From: a bacterium
Lineage (GTDB): Bacteria > UBA8248
NCBI GenBank assembly: GCA_965219955.1
Contig: OZ244799.1
Coordinates: forward strand, 1,952,001-2,016,000
Length of the DNA stretch: 64,000 nucleotides
Direction: 5' to 3'
The first letter of the stretch is position 1. Each line of letters opens with the position of its first letter. Both the position numbers and the translations under genes were made by a program. The notes beneath the pieces were generated by a model that worked only from the letters and a program-made list of their open reading frames with translations, had not been told where the DNA came from and did not search any database. Of this stretch, positions 8,670 through 17,889 are shown piece by piece.

Positions 8670-9911
8670 GGTCGTCTCCTTCCGGGCGGTGTGTGACGTC
8701 GTCTCGCCACATTCTAATCCGCCGGAAGGAGGCGTCCACCCCATCGACCTCCAGGAAGAACGATTTGCGCCCCGGGGAATCGAGTAAGAGGTTCACATGC
8801 TTTCCGAGGGGAATCTCTTCCCCCGGGCGAATGAGCTCCGCAGGTTCGGCGTACTGCCGCACACACCACTCCGCACCCTCACGGAGGGCAGCGTCATCCG
8901 TCCCCTGGTCGGACACGACGACGAGCGACATCGCCGGATCAGGTCCATCGGCGAGGCCGAGTTCGTAGCGGCCGATATCGAGCGAATAGACTCCGGTCCA
9001 TTCGAACGGATACTCCGGCTCGAGGAAGGTGGGACGACGCTCGAGCACCTGGTCCAGGTCGAAGGCGCCGAGGTTGAGGACCGTGTCGACCGAGACGTTC
9101 GCCCGCTCGCTGCGCACGACGCGCGCCATTCGGTTCATGTCCCGGAGCCGGGCTTCGAGACTGTCGAGCGCCTCGCCGTTGACGAGGTCCGTCTTGTTGA
9201 GCACCAGGACGTCCGCGAACGCGATTTGCTCGGTGCTTTCGTCGCTTCGGCCGAGTTGTTGCTCGATGTGGGCTGCATCGACGAGCGTGACGATCCCGTC
9301 AAGCGCGAACTCCGCGCGAATCTCGTCGTCCATGAAGAAGGTCTGAGCGACCGGGCCGGGATCGGCGAGCCCTGTGGTCTCCACCAACACATAGTCGAAC
9401 TTGTCGCGGCGCTTCATGAGATTGCCGAGCACGCGAATCAGGTCTCCGCGCACCGTGCAACAGATGCAGCCGTTCGCCATCTCGAAGATCTCTTCGTCAG
9501 CGTTGATGACGAGCGCCTGATCGATGCCGACCTCCCCGTACTCGTTCTCGATCACGGCGATGCGCTTGCCGTGCTCTTCACTCAATATCCGGTTGAGCAG
9601 GGTCGTTTTGCCAGAGCCGAGGAAACCGGTGAGGATGGAAACAGGTACTTTTCGCGGCGTGTTCATTTAGTTCTCCTGGAGCAGAGGTATGGGTATTGGA
9701 ATTTGGACGTCGAACGTCCGCGTGATGGCCCAATGGGCTCTCATGCAACGTCGCGCGAAGCTCTGGATAGATTTGAATCCGGCTCGACTCTCTCGCGGCT
9801 CACGCGGAGAGCCGGGCGCCCTGCAGGACGCGCGCATGTGAGATGCGGATGACCGAGAGGCGCCACGAGATGCCGGTGACCCTTTCGCCAAAACGGACGA
9901 GACAGTTGCGG

Positions 9912-11126
9912 TCATGCCGGCTCCTCGTCCATGAGAAGCTCCGGAAACGGGTTCCGGAGCTCTGCCCAGGCCTTGCTGTCAGCGGAGGCGAGGCGCTCGT
10001 CGAGCAGGCACGCGTCGAGGCGGGCGCGTATCTCCGCCTCGTGCATCTGCTGGCCGATGAAGACGAGCTGCTGCGTGCGGTCGCCGAAGCGAGGATGCCA
10101 GTCCGGCTGCTGGTCAGGTCGCTGATCCTCGGGGTGCTCCCAGTGTTCGCGAGGCAAGGCCGCCCACCACATCCCGGCGGGGCTCACGTCGCTGACGCCG
10201 CCGGCCAGAGCCCACTCGTAGGCGATCCGATGGTCAGCGGCGACCCAGAAAAAGCCCTTCGAGCGGAGCACGCCGCTCCAGTTCTCGTCGTCGTGCAGGA
10301 ACGCCCACAGCTTCTCGGCGTCGAAGGGCTGCGGCGTCCGATAGGTGAAGCTCGAGATCCCGTATTCCTCGGTCTCCGGCGTGTGCTCACCCTGAAGCTC
10401 TCGAATCCAGCCAGCGGAGCTCTCCGCCTTCTCGTAGTCGAACAGGCCCGTGTCGAGCACGCATTCGAGCGGGACCTGTCCGCGCGTCGCCATGAGGATC
10501 TTCGCGCCGGGGTTGAGCGCTTTCACGATAGCCTCGACCTCGCGAGCCTGGTCGTTGCTCACGAGATCGATCTTGTTGAGCACGATGACGTCGGCGAACT
10601 CGATCTGGTCGATGAGCAGGTCGGTCACCGTCCGTTGATCTTCTTCGCCCAGCGACTCACCGCGGTCCTGGAGCGCTTCGGCGGCGTTGTAGTCCCTCAG
10701 GAAGCTCTCCGCGTCCACGATCGTGACCATCGTGTCGAGGCGCGAAACCTGACCCAGGCTCACACCGTTCTCGTCCTCGAAGGTGAAGGTCTGCGCGACG
10801 GGAATGGGCTCGGAGATCCCGGTGGACTCGATGAGCAGGTAGTCGAAGCGTCCCTCCTGCGCGAGTCGTGAGACCTCGGCGAGCAGGTCGTCTCGCAGCG
10901 TACAGCAGATGCAGCCGTTCGACATCTCGACCAGTTTCTCCTCGGTCCGCGAGAGTTCCGCACCGCCGCGCTCAACGAGCGCCGCGTCGATGTTGACCTC
11001 GCTCATATCGTTGACGATGACCGCGACGCGCATGCCCTCGCGGTTTTTGAGCACGTTGTTGAGAAGAGTGGTCTTGCCTGCGCCGAGAAAGCCGGACAGG
11101 ACAGTAACGGGAAGTCTCTCTGGCAT
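9912..11126 (-). CDS. COG0523 zinc metallochaperone GTPase (ZigA/YciC-like)
   Basis: [57 protein letters not shown] and LRSKGFFW. Confidence 0.95.
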   Translation of the reverse strand: MPERLPVTVLSGFLGAGKTTLLNNVLKNREGMRVAVIVNDMSEVNIDAALVERGGAELSRTEEKLVEMSNGCICCTLRDDLLAEVSRLAQEGRFDYLLIESTGISEPIPVAQTFTFEDENGVSLGQVSRLDTMVTIVDAESFLRDYNAAEALQDRGESLGEEDQRTVTDLLIDQIEFADVIVLNKIDLVSNDQAREVEAIVKALNPGAKILMATRGQVPLECVLDTGLFDYEKAESSAGWIRELQGEHTPETEEYGISSFTYRTPQPFDAEKLWAFLHDDENWSGVLRSKGFFWVAADHRIAYEWALAGGVSDVSPAGMWWAALPREHWEHPEDQRPDQQPDWHPRFGDRTQQLVFIGQQMHEAEIRARLDACLLDERLASADSKAWAELRNPFPELLMDEEPA

Positions 11127-11146
11127 GGGCACTTTGGTTCCCTCAC

Positions 11147-11524
11147 TCAAAGGGTGATGACGAGGTCGGGCGCGGCGGGGGCGAGCGCGGCGTAGAACTG
11201 CGGGAAGCAGCCGGCGCCCACGCCGGCCACCAGGCCCTTCGCCTTGACGTCGCCGGAGCCGCACTGTTCGAACGTGCCCTCGGCGAGGTTGCGCCGCACG
11301 GCGCACTGATCGCAGACCATGAGGAGGATGTTCTGCTCCGCGGCGACCTTGGCCAGGCGCTCGCCCACCTCGTCGCCCTCGCGCAGGCAGAACAGGTTGT
11401 CGTCGAAGAAGAACATGCCGACGACGTTCACCCCGTGGTTGCCCGCTTCGAGTTGCGGGAGGATCATGGTGCCCAGCTTGTAGGTCGCCGACATGTCGGT
11501 GGCGAAAACGTATGCGATGTTCAT
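11147..11524 (-). CDS. DsrE-fold protein (SaoD-like)
   Basis: [34 protein letters not shown] and PDLVITL; GGAGG RBS. Confidence 0.75.
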   Translation of the reverse strand: MNIAYVFATDMSATYKLGTMILPQLEAGNHGVNVVGMFFFDDNLFCLREGDEVGERLAKVAAEQNILLMVCDQCAVRRNLAEGTFEQCGSGDVKAKGLVAGVGAGCFPQFYAALAPAAPDLVITL

Positions 11525-11697
11525 CCTTCAGGTTCCTCCTGGATTGCGTCTTTCAAACGGTGGATGATGACTCTGCTACCCCTGTTTTTCAGCGAATACC
11601 ACGCCCGGCTTTGTGCGGCCGGGGCACACCTGCTGCCGCCCTGCGCCGAATTGCGGGGAACCTCCTTTCCGCAGGGTCCGCCCGTACCTGGCGCCGG

Positions 11698-12834
11698 CTA
11701 AAATTCGGCGGCCAACTGGACGGTGAAGTTGTCGGTGTGCTCGCCGCTTCCGCCTTCATCGGCGCCGTAGTCCGTATCACGCGCCCATTCGACGCCGAGT
11801 GAAAGCCCGTCCATCACCTCGGACGAAAGACCGATCAGCATTCGTTTTTTCGGCAACTCAAGCGCCAGCGCCTCATCCGTCGTCTGGTAGCTCGCGGCCA
11901 GCGTCGCCTCCTTGCCTGCCAGCTCGAACCCGTAGGCCACCTCGACCATCCAGGCAGAGGGTTTCGCGCCGTAGTCGCCGAACGCAACATAGTCCGCGCC
12001 GAACGTATCCATCGCTCCCAGATACTCGCCGAGCACCGAGATGCTTCCAATCGTCAGCATCGCGCTCGCCGAAATGCCCGCAACGCGGTCGTAGCCTTCC
12101 GCACCTTCGACCTCCAGACCGTCCGAATCACCCAGGTCGTTGGTGTAGGAGAGATTTAGCCCGAGCTCGAAGCTGTCCGTCTCGACCGAATAGCCCGCCG
12201 CGAAGCCGAAGCCCTGGATGAGGTTGTCGCCGTCTTCCATGTTGTCGCCCTTGAAGACGAATACCGACCCGCTCAGGGCGCCGGCCGAGCCGTCGAGTTG
12301 GAAGGCGGTCTGTCTCGTCTCGCCGATGTCGAGCGTCAGGGGATCGGAGATCAGGTTCGTCTCGAACACGCCGAAGGGGATGTAGAGTTGACCGCCCGTG
12401 AGGGACCATGCGCCCTCGGGCGGGCCGATCGTCACCGTCGCGGTATCCACGTCCACGGGACCTTCGCCCTGTTCCCAGAGGAGCACGACCTCTCCTTTCA
12501 CCCAGTCGCTCACCTCCACGCCTATGCCGAGTTCAACCGTGCCCACGGCCAAATCCGCTTCGGTATCTCCCTCGGGGGGTTTTGTCACGGTTCCTTCGAT
12601 TTCGATGGCGCCGCCAATCTCCACGGCTTCGAACCACTTGTCTCCACCGGTGAGTTTGGCTATTTGCTTGTCTTTCTCGACAATGACTTTATCCTGCGCG
12701 GAGACGCGCTCTTCCAACTGCCTGATGCGCTTTTCCATGTTGAGGAGGCGTTCCTCGACGGACTGTTGAGCCAGGGCGGGCGCGTTCCAGAAAAGCGCGG
12801 CCGCGGCGGCCAATAACAAAACTCTTGCTTTCAC
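11698..12834 (-). CDS. Outer-membrane porin, LbtU-like
   Basis: Signal peptide, N-terminal coiled coil, TVELGI, GQLYIPFGVFETNLISDPLTLDIGETR, beta-barrel C-terminus TVQLAAEF; AAGGAG RBS before GTG. Confidence 0.8.
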   Translation of the reverse strand: MKARVLLLAAAAALFWNAPALAQQSVEERLLNMEKRIRQLEERVSAQDKVIVEKDKQIAKLTGGDKWFEAVEIGGAIEIEGTVTKPPEGDTEADLAVGTVELGIGVEVSDWVKGEVVLLWEQGEGPVDVDTATVTIGPPEGAWSLTGGQLYIPFGVFETNLISDPLTLDIGETRQTAFQLDGSAGALSGSVFVFKGDNMEDGDNLIQGFGFAAGYSVETDSFELGLNLSYTNDLGDSDGLEVEGAEGYDRVAGISASAMLTIGSISVLGEYLGAMDTFGADYVAFGDYGAKPSAWMVEVAYGFELAGKEATLAASYQTTDEALALELPKKRMLIGLSSEVMDGLSLGVEWARDTDYGADEGGSGEHTDNFTVQLAAEF

Positions 12835-13078
12835 CGATTTCTCCTTTCCCTTTCAGACTTCCCGTTCACGATGCGCCATGAAGCGCTGGAGCGGTTCGCT
12901 TGCTTGACCGACCACACAGGTCTCCGGACAGACTCCTGCCCCTGTCCGGCTACAGAACCTCCGAAACTCCCTCTCCCTTCGGTTCCGTACGCCGCTACGA
13001 AAATTGCGGGCGGCTCCCGGGGATATGCGAGGGGAATAGAGCGTGCTGGTTCATATCCCCGGGAAGCGCCGCCTCAAA

Positions 13079-14275
13079 TTATTTCCGCGAAAGACACGTA
13101 TTGAGAGATTTCGCCATGTTGCGCAGGAGGGTGAAATACGCGTCCTCACCGGCGGGAATATCCGCGCCCAGGGGGTCGAGCACGCCGGTTCCGGCGCCCG
13201 TTCCCTCCATGACGACCCTCACCAGTTTCGGCTGGAACTGCGGCTCGCTGAACACGCAGATCGATTTCGTATCCTTGATCTTCTTGCGAATCTCGACGAG
13301 GCGCGCCGCGCCCGGCTTTTTCTCGGGCGAGAGGGTCACCGAACCGATGGCGTTCAGCCCGTAGCGTTTCTCAAAGTATTGATACGCATCGTGAAAAACG
13401 ATGTAGGGCGCGCCTTTCAGAGGCGCGAGCGTGCCTTTCAATTCCTCATGCAGGGCGTCTAACCGGGTCATCAGCCTCTTTTCGTTCGCCTCGTATTTTG
13501 CCTTGTTCGCAGGGTCCGCCTCTTCGAGCTCATGCGTGATTTCATGCACCCACTTCTTGGCGTACATGGGGTCGAGCCAGGCGTGCTCGTCGAGACCGCC
13601 GTGATGATGCCCGTGATGACCCCCGGCCTTCTCGTCGTGATGATCATCCTTGGCTTTCTCGTGTTTATGATCATCGTGGTGATCGTCTTTTCCCTTGGCG
13701 TGTTTGTGATCATCGTCGTGATGGTCGTCTTTTTTGGCCTTGGCGTGTTTATGATCGTCGTGGTGGTCGGCGTCTTTGCCTTTTTCGTGCTTATGATCGT
13801 CGTGATGGTCGTCTTTTTTGGCCATGCCGTGCTTATGCTCATCGTGGTGGTCGCCTTTTTCGTCCTCACCGTGATGATCGTCGTGCCCTTCCCACAAGCC
13901 GCCTTCCCTGAGCTTCAACAGTTTCAGACCCTTTATCTCCGTCATGGCGACGACTTCCGCCCGTTTCGGCAGAACTTCGAGGGGCCGCTTGAGGCTCGGG
14001 GCGAGCAGCTCACCCACCCAGAAAATCACGCGCGCCCGCTCAATCTCTCTGGCGTCGGAGGGTTTGAGCGAAAACGTATGCGGCGAAGCGGCGCCTTTTA
14101 TCAGCAGATAAGGTTCGCCGATCCCCTTCATGACGCCCGAGACCAGCGCATGAAGCGGCTTGATGGAGGCCACCACCTTGGGCGCGGCCGATGCGGGGGC
14201 GGCCAGGCGCGCAATAAGCGTCATTGCCAGGGCCGCAGTGAACAACATATATTTCATGGATTCGCTCCTATTCAT
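13079..14275 (-). CDS. znuA: Zinc ABC transporter substrate-binding protein with very long His-rich loop
   Basis: VVASIKPL, SPHTFSLKPSD, DEHAWLDP, VFHDAYQYFE, FSEPQF and LDPLG. Confidence 0.95.
   Translation of the reverse strand: MNRSESMKYMLFTAALAMTLIARLAAPASAAPKVVASIKPLHALVSGVMKGIGEPYLLIKGAASPHTFSLKPSDAREIERARVIFWVGELLAPSLKRPLEVLPKRAEVVAMTEIKGLKLLKLREGGLWEGHDDHHGEDEKGDHHDEHKHGMAKKDDHHDDHKHEKGKDADHHDDHKHAKAKKDDHHDDDHKHAKGKDDHHDDHKHEKAKDDHHDEKAGGHHGHHHGGLDEHAWLDPMYAKKWVHEITHELEEADPANKAKYEANEKRLMTRLDALHEELKGTLAPLKGAPYIVFHDAYQYFEKRYGLNAIGSVTLSPEKKPGAARLVEIRKKIKDTKSICVFSEPQFQPKLVRVVMEGTGAGTGVLDPLGADIPAGEDAYFTLLRNMAKSLNTCLSRK
13601..13885 (-). repeat. Imperfect tandem repeats encoding DHHDDHKHxKxK(K) units inside znuA
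   Basis: About six units of 39-45 nt; about 30 His counted in about 97 aa. Confidence 0.9.
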
Positions 14276-14322
14276 GAATTCTTTCCTTTCGGTGTGAAAT
14301 GGGATTGAAATAGTTTTCTATT

Positions 14323-14337
14323 TGTTATATTATAACA
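14323..14337. promoter_or_regulatory. Zur box
   Basis: Perfect palindrome TGTTATA-T-TATAACA between divergent znuA and zur; matches the core of the proteobacterial Zur consensus. Confidence 0.92.
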
Positions 14338-14366
14338 TTACTATTTTGCTCGTCAAGGAATTATGG

Positions 14367-14855
14367 ATGACATCGATGAAAAAGAATTTTCCCGGCAGGG
14401 ATCACGACCAAGGGGCCTGCGTCGAGAACGCCCTGGAACAGGCCGAAGCGCTTTGCAGGGAGCGCGGCGCGAGGCTCACGCCGCTCAGGAGGCGGGTGCT
14501 GGAGATCATCTGGGAGAGCCACGCGCCCCTGGGCGCCTATGACGTACTCCAGCGCATGAACGCGGAAGGGGGGCGAAACGCCCCGCCCACGGTCTACCGG
14601 GCGCTGGATTTCCTCTTGAAGCACGGCCTCATCCACCGCATCGAGAGTCAAAAGGCGTTCGTGGGCTGCGCCACACCGGAAAACGCCCACAAGGCGCAGT
14701 TCTTCATTTGCCGCGATTGCGGAAACGTGGCCGAGACGCACAGCGAGGAAATCGGCGAGGCCATCGAGGCAAGCGCCACCCGGGCCGGTTTTCTGGTGGA
14801 GACGCCCGTCATGGAAATCAGCGGCAGGTGCAAGGAGTGTCATGACGATGAATGA
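14367..14855 (+). CDS. zur: Zinc uptake regulator (Fur family)
   Basis: RLTPLRRRVL, PPTVYRALDFL, HRIES, CRDC and CKEC; adjacent to znuABC. Confidence 0.93.
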   Translation: MTSMKKNFPGRDHDQGACVENALEQAEALCRERGARLTPLRRRVLEIIWESHAPLGAYDVLQRMNAEGGRNAPPTVYRALDFLLKHGLIHRIESQKAFVGCATPENAHKAQFFICRDCGNVAETHSEEIGEAIEASATRAGFLVETPVMEISGRCKECHDDE

Positions 14856-15633
14856 CGCGCGGCGCTCTCTCGTCACCGCCGCGAACCTCCATCTCCGAAT
14901 CGGCGGAACGACGATACTCCACAATGTGGGCCTCGACATTTCGGCGGGTGAAATACTGACCCTCATCGGCCCGAACGGCGCGGGCAAGACCACGCTCGTC
15001 CGCGTGGTGCTCGGCCTGCTCAAGCCCGATTCGGGAGAAGTCCGCCGGAAAGAGGGACTCTCGGTCGGCTACCTGCCCCAGTCCTTCGAGGTGGACCACT
15101 CGCTACCGCTGACCGTACGCAGATTGCTGCGCCTCACGCAGAAGGCATCTACCGAGGAGATGGAGGAGGGCCTCGAGGAAGTCGGCGCCGGAGACCTGCT
15201 GGATCATCCCGTCCAGAGCCTCTCCGGCGGGGAGCGCCAGCGCGTGCTGCTGGCCCGCGCCCTGCTGCGCAACCCCGAACTGCTCGTTCTCGACGAACCC
15301 ATCCAGAACGTGGACGTCAACGGGCAGAGCGAACTCTACCGCCTGATCGCGAAGATCAGGGCAGACAGGGGCTGCGGCGTCATCCTGATCTCGCACGACC
15401 TCCACCTCGTCATGGCGTTCACCGACCGCGTGGTGTGCCTCAACAGGCACATCTGCTGCACGGGGCATCCCGAAGCCGTGAGCAAAAACCCCGAATACCT
15501 CGCCCTGTTCGGCAAGCATGCGGCCGAGAGCCTCGCCGTCTACACCCACAAGCACGACCACGTTCACGGCTCGGAAGGAGAAATACTTCCCAACGAAGTC
15601 GAAGAAACCCACCATCATCACGGAGGCGCGTGA
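14842..15633 (+). CDS. znuC: Zinc ABC transporter ATP-binding protein
   Basis: GPNGAGKT, LSGGERQR, LDEP, SHDLHLVM and a His-rich tail. Confidence 0.95.
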   Translation: MTMNDARRSLVTAANLHLRIGGTTILHNVGLDISAGEILTLIGPNGAGKTTLVRVVLGLLKPDSGEVRRKEGLSVGYLPQSFEVDHSLPLTVRRLLRLTQKASTEEMEEGLEEVGAGDLLDHPVQSLSGGERQRVLLARALLRNPELLVLDEPIQNVDVNGQSELYRLIAKIRADRGCGVILISHDLHLVMAFTDRVVCLNRHICCTGHPEAVSKNPEYLALFGKHAAESLAVYTHKHDHVHGSEGEILPNEVEETHHHHGGA

Positions 15634-16427
15634 TGGAGGATTTCATGCTCAGGGGGCTCATGGGCGGGGTGGGCGTCGCCCTGGTGACGGGCCCGGTGGG
15701 TTGTTTCATCGTCTGGCGCAAGATGGCCTACTTTGGAAACTCCATGGCCCACACGGCGCTCCTCGGCGTGGCGATAGGCTTCGCCTTCGGGATCGACCTG
15801 CGGCTCGGCATCCTCATCTCCTGCATGAGCCTCACGATCATCCTGGTCTTTCTACAGAGCCGGAAAACACTCTCCACCGACACGCTGCTCGGCATCCTGG
15901 CCCACATGGCGCTTGCGGTGGGCTTCATCGCCGTCAGCGTGCTGGATACGCTCCGGGTGGACCTGATGGGCTATCTCTTCGGGGATATCCTGGCGGTCGG
16001 GGCGCTTGATTTGTGGTGGATATATCTCGGCGGGGCGGCGGCGCTGGGCGTGCTCGCGTGGCTGTGGCGGGGGCTTCTCGCCGTCACGGTGAACGAGGAA
16101 CTGGCGAGCGCCGAGGGGGTCCCGACCTTCCGCGTGAAACTCGTCTTCATGCTCCTGATCGCCTTCATCATCGCCGTCGCCATGAAGCTGATCGGGATTC
16201 TGCTCATCATCTCGATGCTCATCATACCGCCGGCGGCGGCGCGGCGTTTCTCCAAAACGCCCGAGCAGATGGCGGCGCTCGCCGTTCTGGCGGGGGTCGT
16301 CTCCGTCGCGGTCGGCCTCTGGGCCTCTTTGGAGTGGGACGCGCCCGCCGGGCCCTGTGTCGTCGTGGCGGCGTCGGCGCTGTTCCTCCTCAGCTACACA
16401 TGGGAAATGCTGACTGGCAGGGGATAG
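15633..16427 (+). CDS. znuB: Zinc ABC transporter permease
   Basis: GCFIVWRKMAYFG, DLMGYLFGDIL and ELASAEG; TGATG coupling with znuC. Confidence 0.95.
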   Translation: MEDFMLRGLMGGVGVALVTGPVGCFIVWRKMAYFGNSMAHTALLGVAIGFAFGIDLRLGILISCMSLTIILVFLQSRKTLSTDTLLGILAHMALAVGFIAVSVLDTLRVDLMGYLFGDILAVGALDLWWIYLGGAAALGVLAWLWRGLLAVTVNEELASAEGVPTFRVKLVFMLLIAFIIAVAMKLIGILLIISMLIIPPAAARRFSKTPEQMAALAVLAGVVSVAVGLWASLEWDAPAGPCVVVAASALFLLSYTWEMLTGRG

Positions 16428-16537
16428 GGAATGCAGGTCTCTTGCTCATGGCGCACTCTGCTCGAGCGTGACGGACGACCCTGTCGCAACCCCGTAATGA
16501 CAAAAGCAATCAAACCCGAACCCGAACAAACCACTTT

Positions 16538-16581
16538 CCTTGCTATTATGCAAAAGCAAGGCATATTTATAATCAGCAAGG
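16538..16581. promoter_or_regulatory. Putative antitoxin operator/promoter (CCTTGCT...AGCAAGG...TATAAT..AGCAAGG)
   Basis: Inverted and direct AGCAAGG repeats around a TATAAT immediately upstream of the AbrB gene. Confidence 0.45.
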
Positions 16582-16599
16582 CAACGAGGAGATCGCAAG

Positions 16600-16836
16600 A
16601 TGTTCGAATCCACGATTACCTCGAAGGGCCGGACGACGCTGCCCAAGCCGGTGCGCGAAGCCCTCGGCGTGCGGCCGGGCGACCGCGTGCGTTATATCAT
16701 CACCGGCGATGAGGTGCGCATCATCCCGGTGCGGCCCCTCGCCCGGCTGTTCGGCGCGCTGAAAGGCACGGTGACGATCCCGAAGGATACGGACCTGACT
16801 TCACCCGCCGAAGCGGATTGGGACGCCGAGCGATAG
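16600..16836 (+). CDS. AbrB/MazE-family antitoxin, orphan copy
   Basis: STITSKGRTTLPKPVREALG; near-duplicate of 17656-17889 over the first ~53 codons; no toxin downstream. Confidence 0.8.
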   Translation: MFESTITSKGRTTLPKPVREALGVRPGDRVRYIITGDEVRIIPVRPLARLFGALKGTVTIPKDTDLTSPAEADWDAER

Positions 16837-17099
16837 TCCTCGCCGCCTTCACATATCCTCAAGTCCCGTCTCTCGAACAACAGACCGTCATAAAGAAAAG
16901 CGCTGCGGATAACCTCGCAGTCGCGTTCGCTCACGCAGACGCGGCGCATCGTCGTGAACCATGAGGCGCGCACCGTATCGACGATACGCGAGAAGATGGC
17001 CCCGGCCTCATCCGCGCCGAGGAGAAAACTGCCCGCCGTCACGAACTCCGTCTCACCGGACAGGACGATTTTGACGAAGCACTCGCCCTCAGAAGTCAT
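16837..17099 (-). pseudogene. HipA-family toxin remnant with large internal deletion
   Basis: Starts overlapping the Xre stop with MTSEGECFVKIVLSGETEFVTAG, then jumps to a HipA-like C-terminus (..VRASW..MRRVCVSERDCEVIRSAFLYDG). No kinase core. Family assignment from recall. Confidence 0.55.
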
Positions 17100-17448
17100 T
17101 GTCGAGTCTCCTGCGGCGCGGCGCGGACTTCGGGCTTCTGGCGCTTTCGAGCGTCTTGCCCTCCTCATCCCTGTCGGGATCAGCCACCTCGCTCATGCCC
17201 TCAAGCAGGCCGAGCGCCCACAGCGCCCCGGCATAGGCGGCCATCGACGCGCCCGGCTTGCCCTTCTCGACGTCCGCGACCGTGAAGCGCGAAGCGCCGA
17301 TGCTATTCGCCACGTCTTCGATGCGCAGCCTCCGGCGCAGGCGCGCCGTGCGGATGTTCCGGCCCAGACGCCGAATGGCCTCCTCGACGGCGGCCGGCTG
17401 TGTCCGTGTAATCCTGCTTTTCTTCGACATGTTGTAAATATCCATCAC
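17089..17448 (-). CDS. Xre/HipB-like HTH antitoxin
   Basis: LGRNIRTARLRRRL...ASRFTVADVEKGKPG...YAGALWALGL...LDNDF. Confidence 0.85.
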   Translation of the reverse strand: MMDIYNMSKKSRITRTQPAAVEEAIRRLGRNIRTARLRRRLRIEDVANSIGASRFTVADVEKGKPGASMAAYAGALWALGLLEGMSEVADPDRDEEGKTLESARSPKSAPRRRRLDNDF

Positions 17449-17655
17449 ATAAGAGTTATATGTTGATTATAACCATCATAAAAGATACGAGAATTGCGTT
17501 TCCCCCGTCAAGCGAATAGGGATTATGCGTTTCTTAGCGACATTATATGGAATTTATAAACCGGCTAAATTCAGTATAAACGAGCTAGTTTTATCCTTGA
17601 TTTAACTCAAAAAGTAATGCATTATTCTATAAAGTAAGGAACAGGAGGGTTCCCC

Positions 17656-17889
17656 ATGGTCGAATCCACAATTACCTCGAAAGGCCAGACGACGCTGCCA
17701 AAGCCGGTACGCGATGCCCTCGGCGTAGGGCCGGGCGACCGCGTGCGCTATATCATCATTGACGATGAGGTGCGCATCATCCCGATGCGGCCCATCGCCC
17801 GGCTGTTCGGCATGCTCAAATACGAAGGTCCCCCGAAAACGCTCGAAGATATGGAGCGCGCTATCGCCGAGGGGGCGAGTGAGGAGTGA
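17656..17889 (+). CDS. AbrB-family antitoxin (VapB)
   Basis: STITSKGQTTLPK...TLEDMERAIAEGA; GTGA overlap with the PIN toxin. Confidence 0.9.
   Translation: MVESTITSKGQTTLPKPVRDALGVGPGDRVRYIIIDDEVRIIPMRPIARLFGMLKYEGPPKTLEDMERAIAEGASEE

Larger units (their letters stand above)
7372..8746 (-). mobile_element. IS110-family insertion sequence, IS1111 group (1,375 bp)
   Basis: Minus-strand ends CGATGGG-GTGGACGCC... and ...GGCGTCCAT-ATA: sub-terminal inverted repeats 7 nt and 3 nt from the ends, a long non-coding region 3' of the transposase, no classical TSD; removal restores the host frame. Confidence 0.93.
6945..9666 (-). pseudogene. COG0523/CobW-family metal-binding GTPase interrupted by an IS110 element
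   Basis: 5' part (9666-8747) has GFLGSGKT, NEYGE, GCICC, ETTG and NKTD; 3' part (7371-6945) is a CobW_C domain (FRMKG...VFQGVH...LVFIGR). Deleting 7372-8746 restores the frame ...FFLEVDTQVRV..., 448 aa. Confidence 0.92.

Noticed and set aside
9667-9915. 82-aa ORF between the two COG0523 genes
   Set aside because: Fits the gap but has no recognisable motif; may be a decayed gene.
12835-13078. Hairpin-rich spacer with CCGGAGACCTG, suggestive of a cobalamin riboswitch
   Set aside because: The other conserved B12-element blocks are not visible; only generic hairpins.
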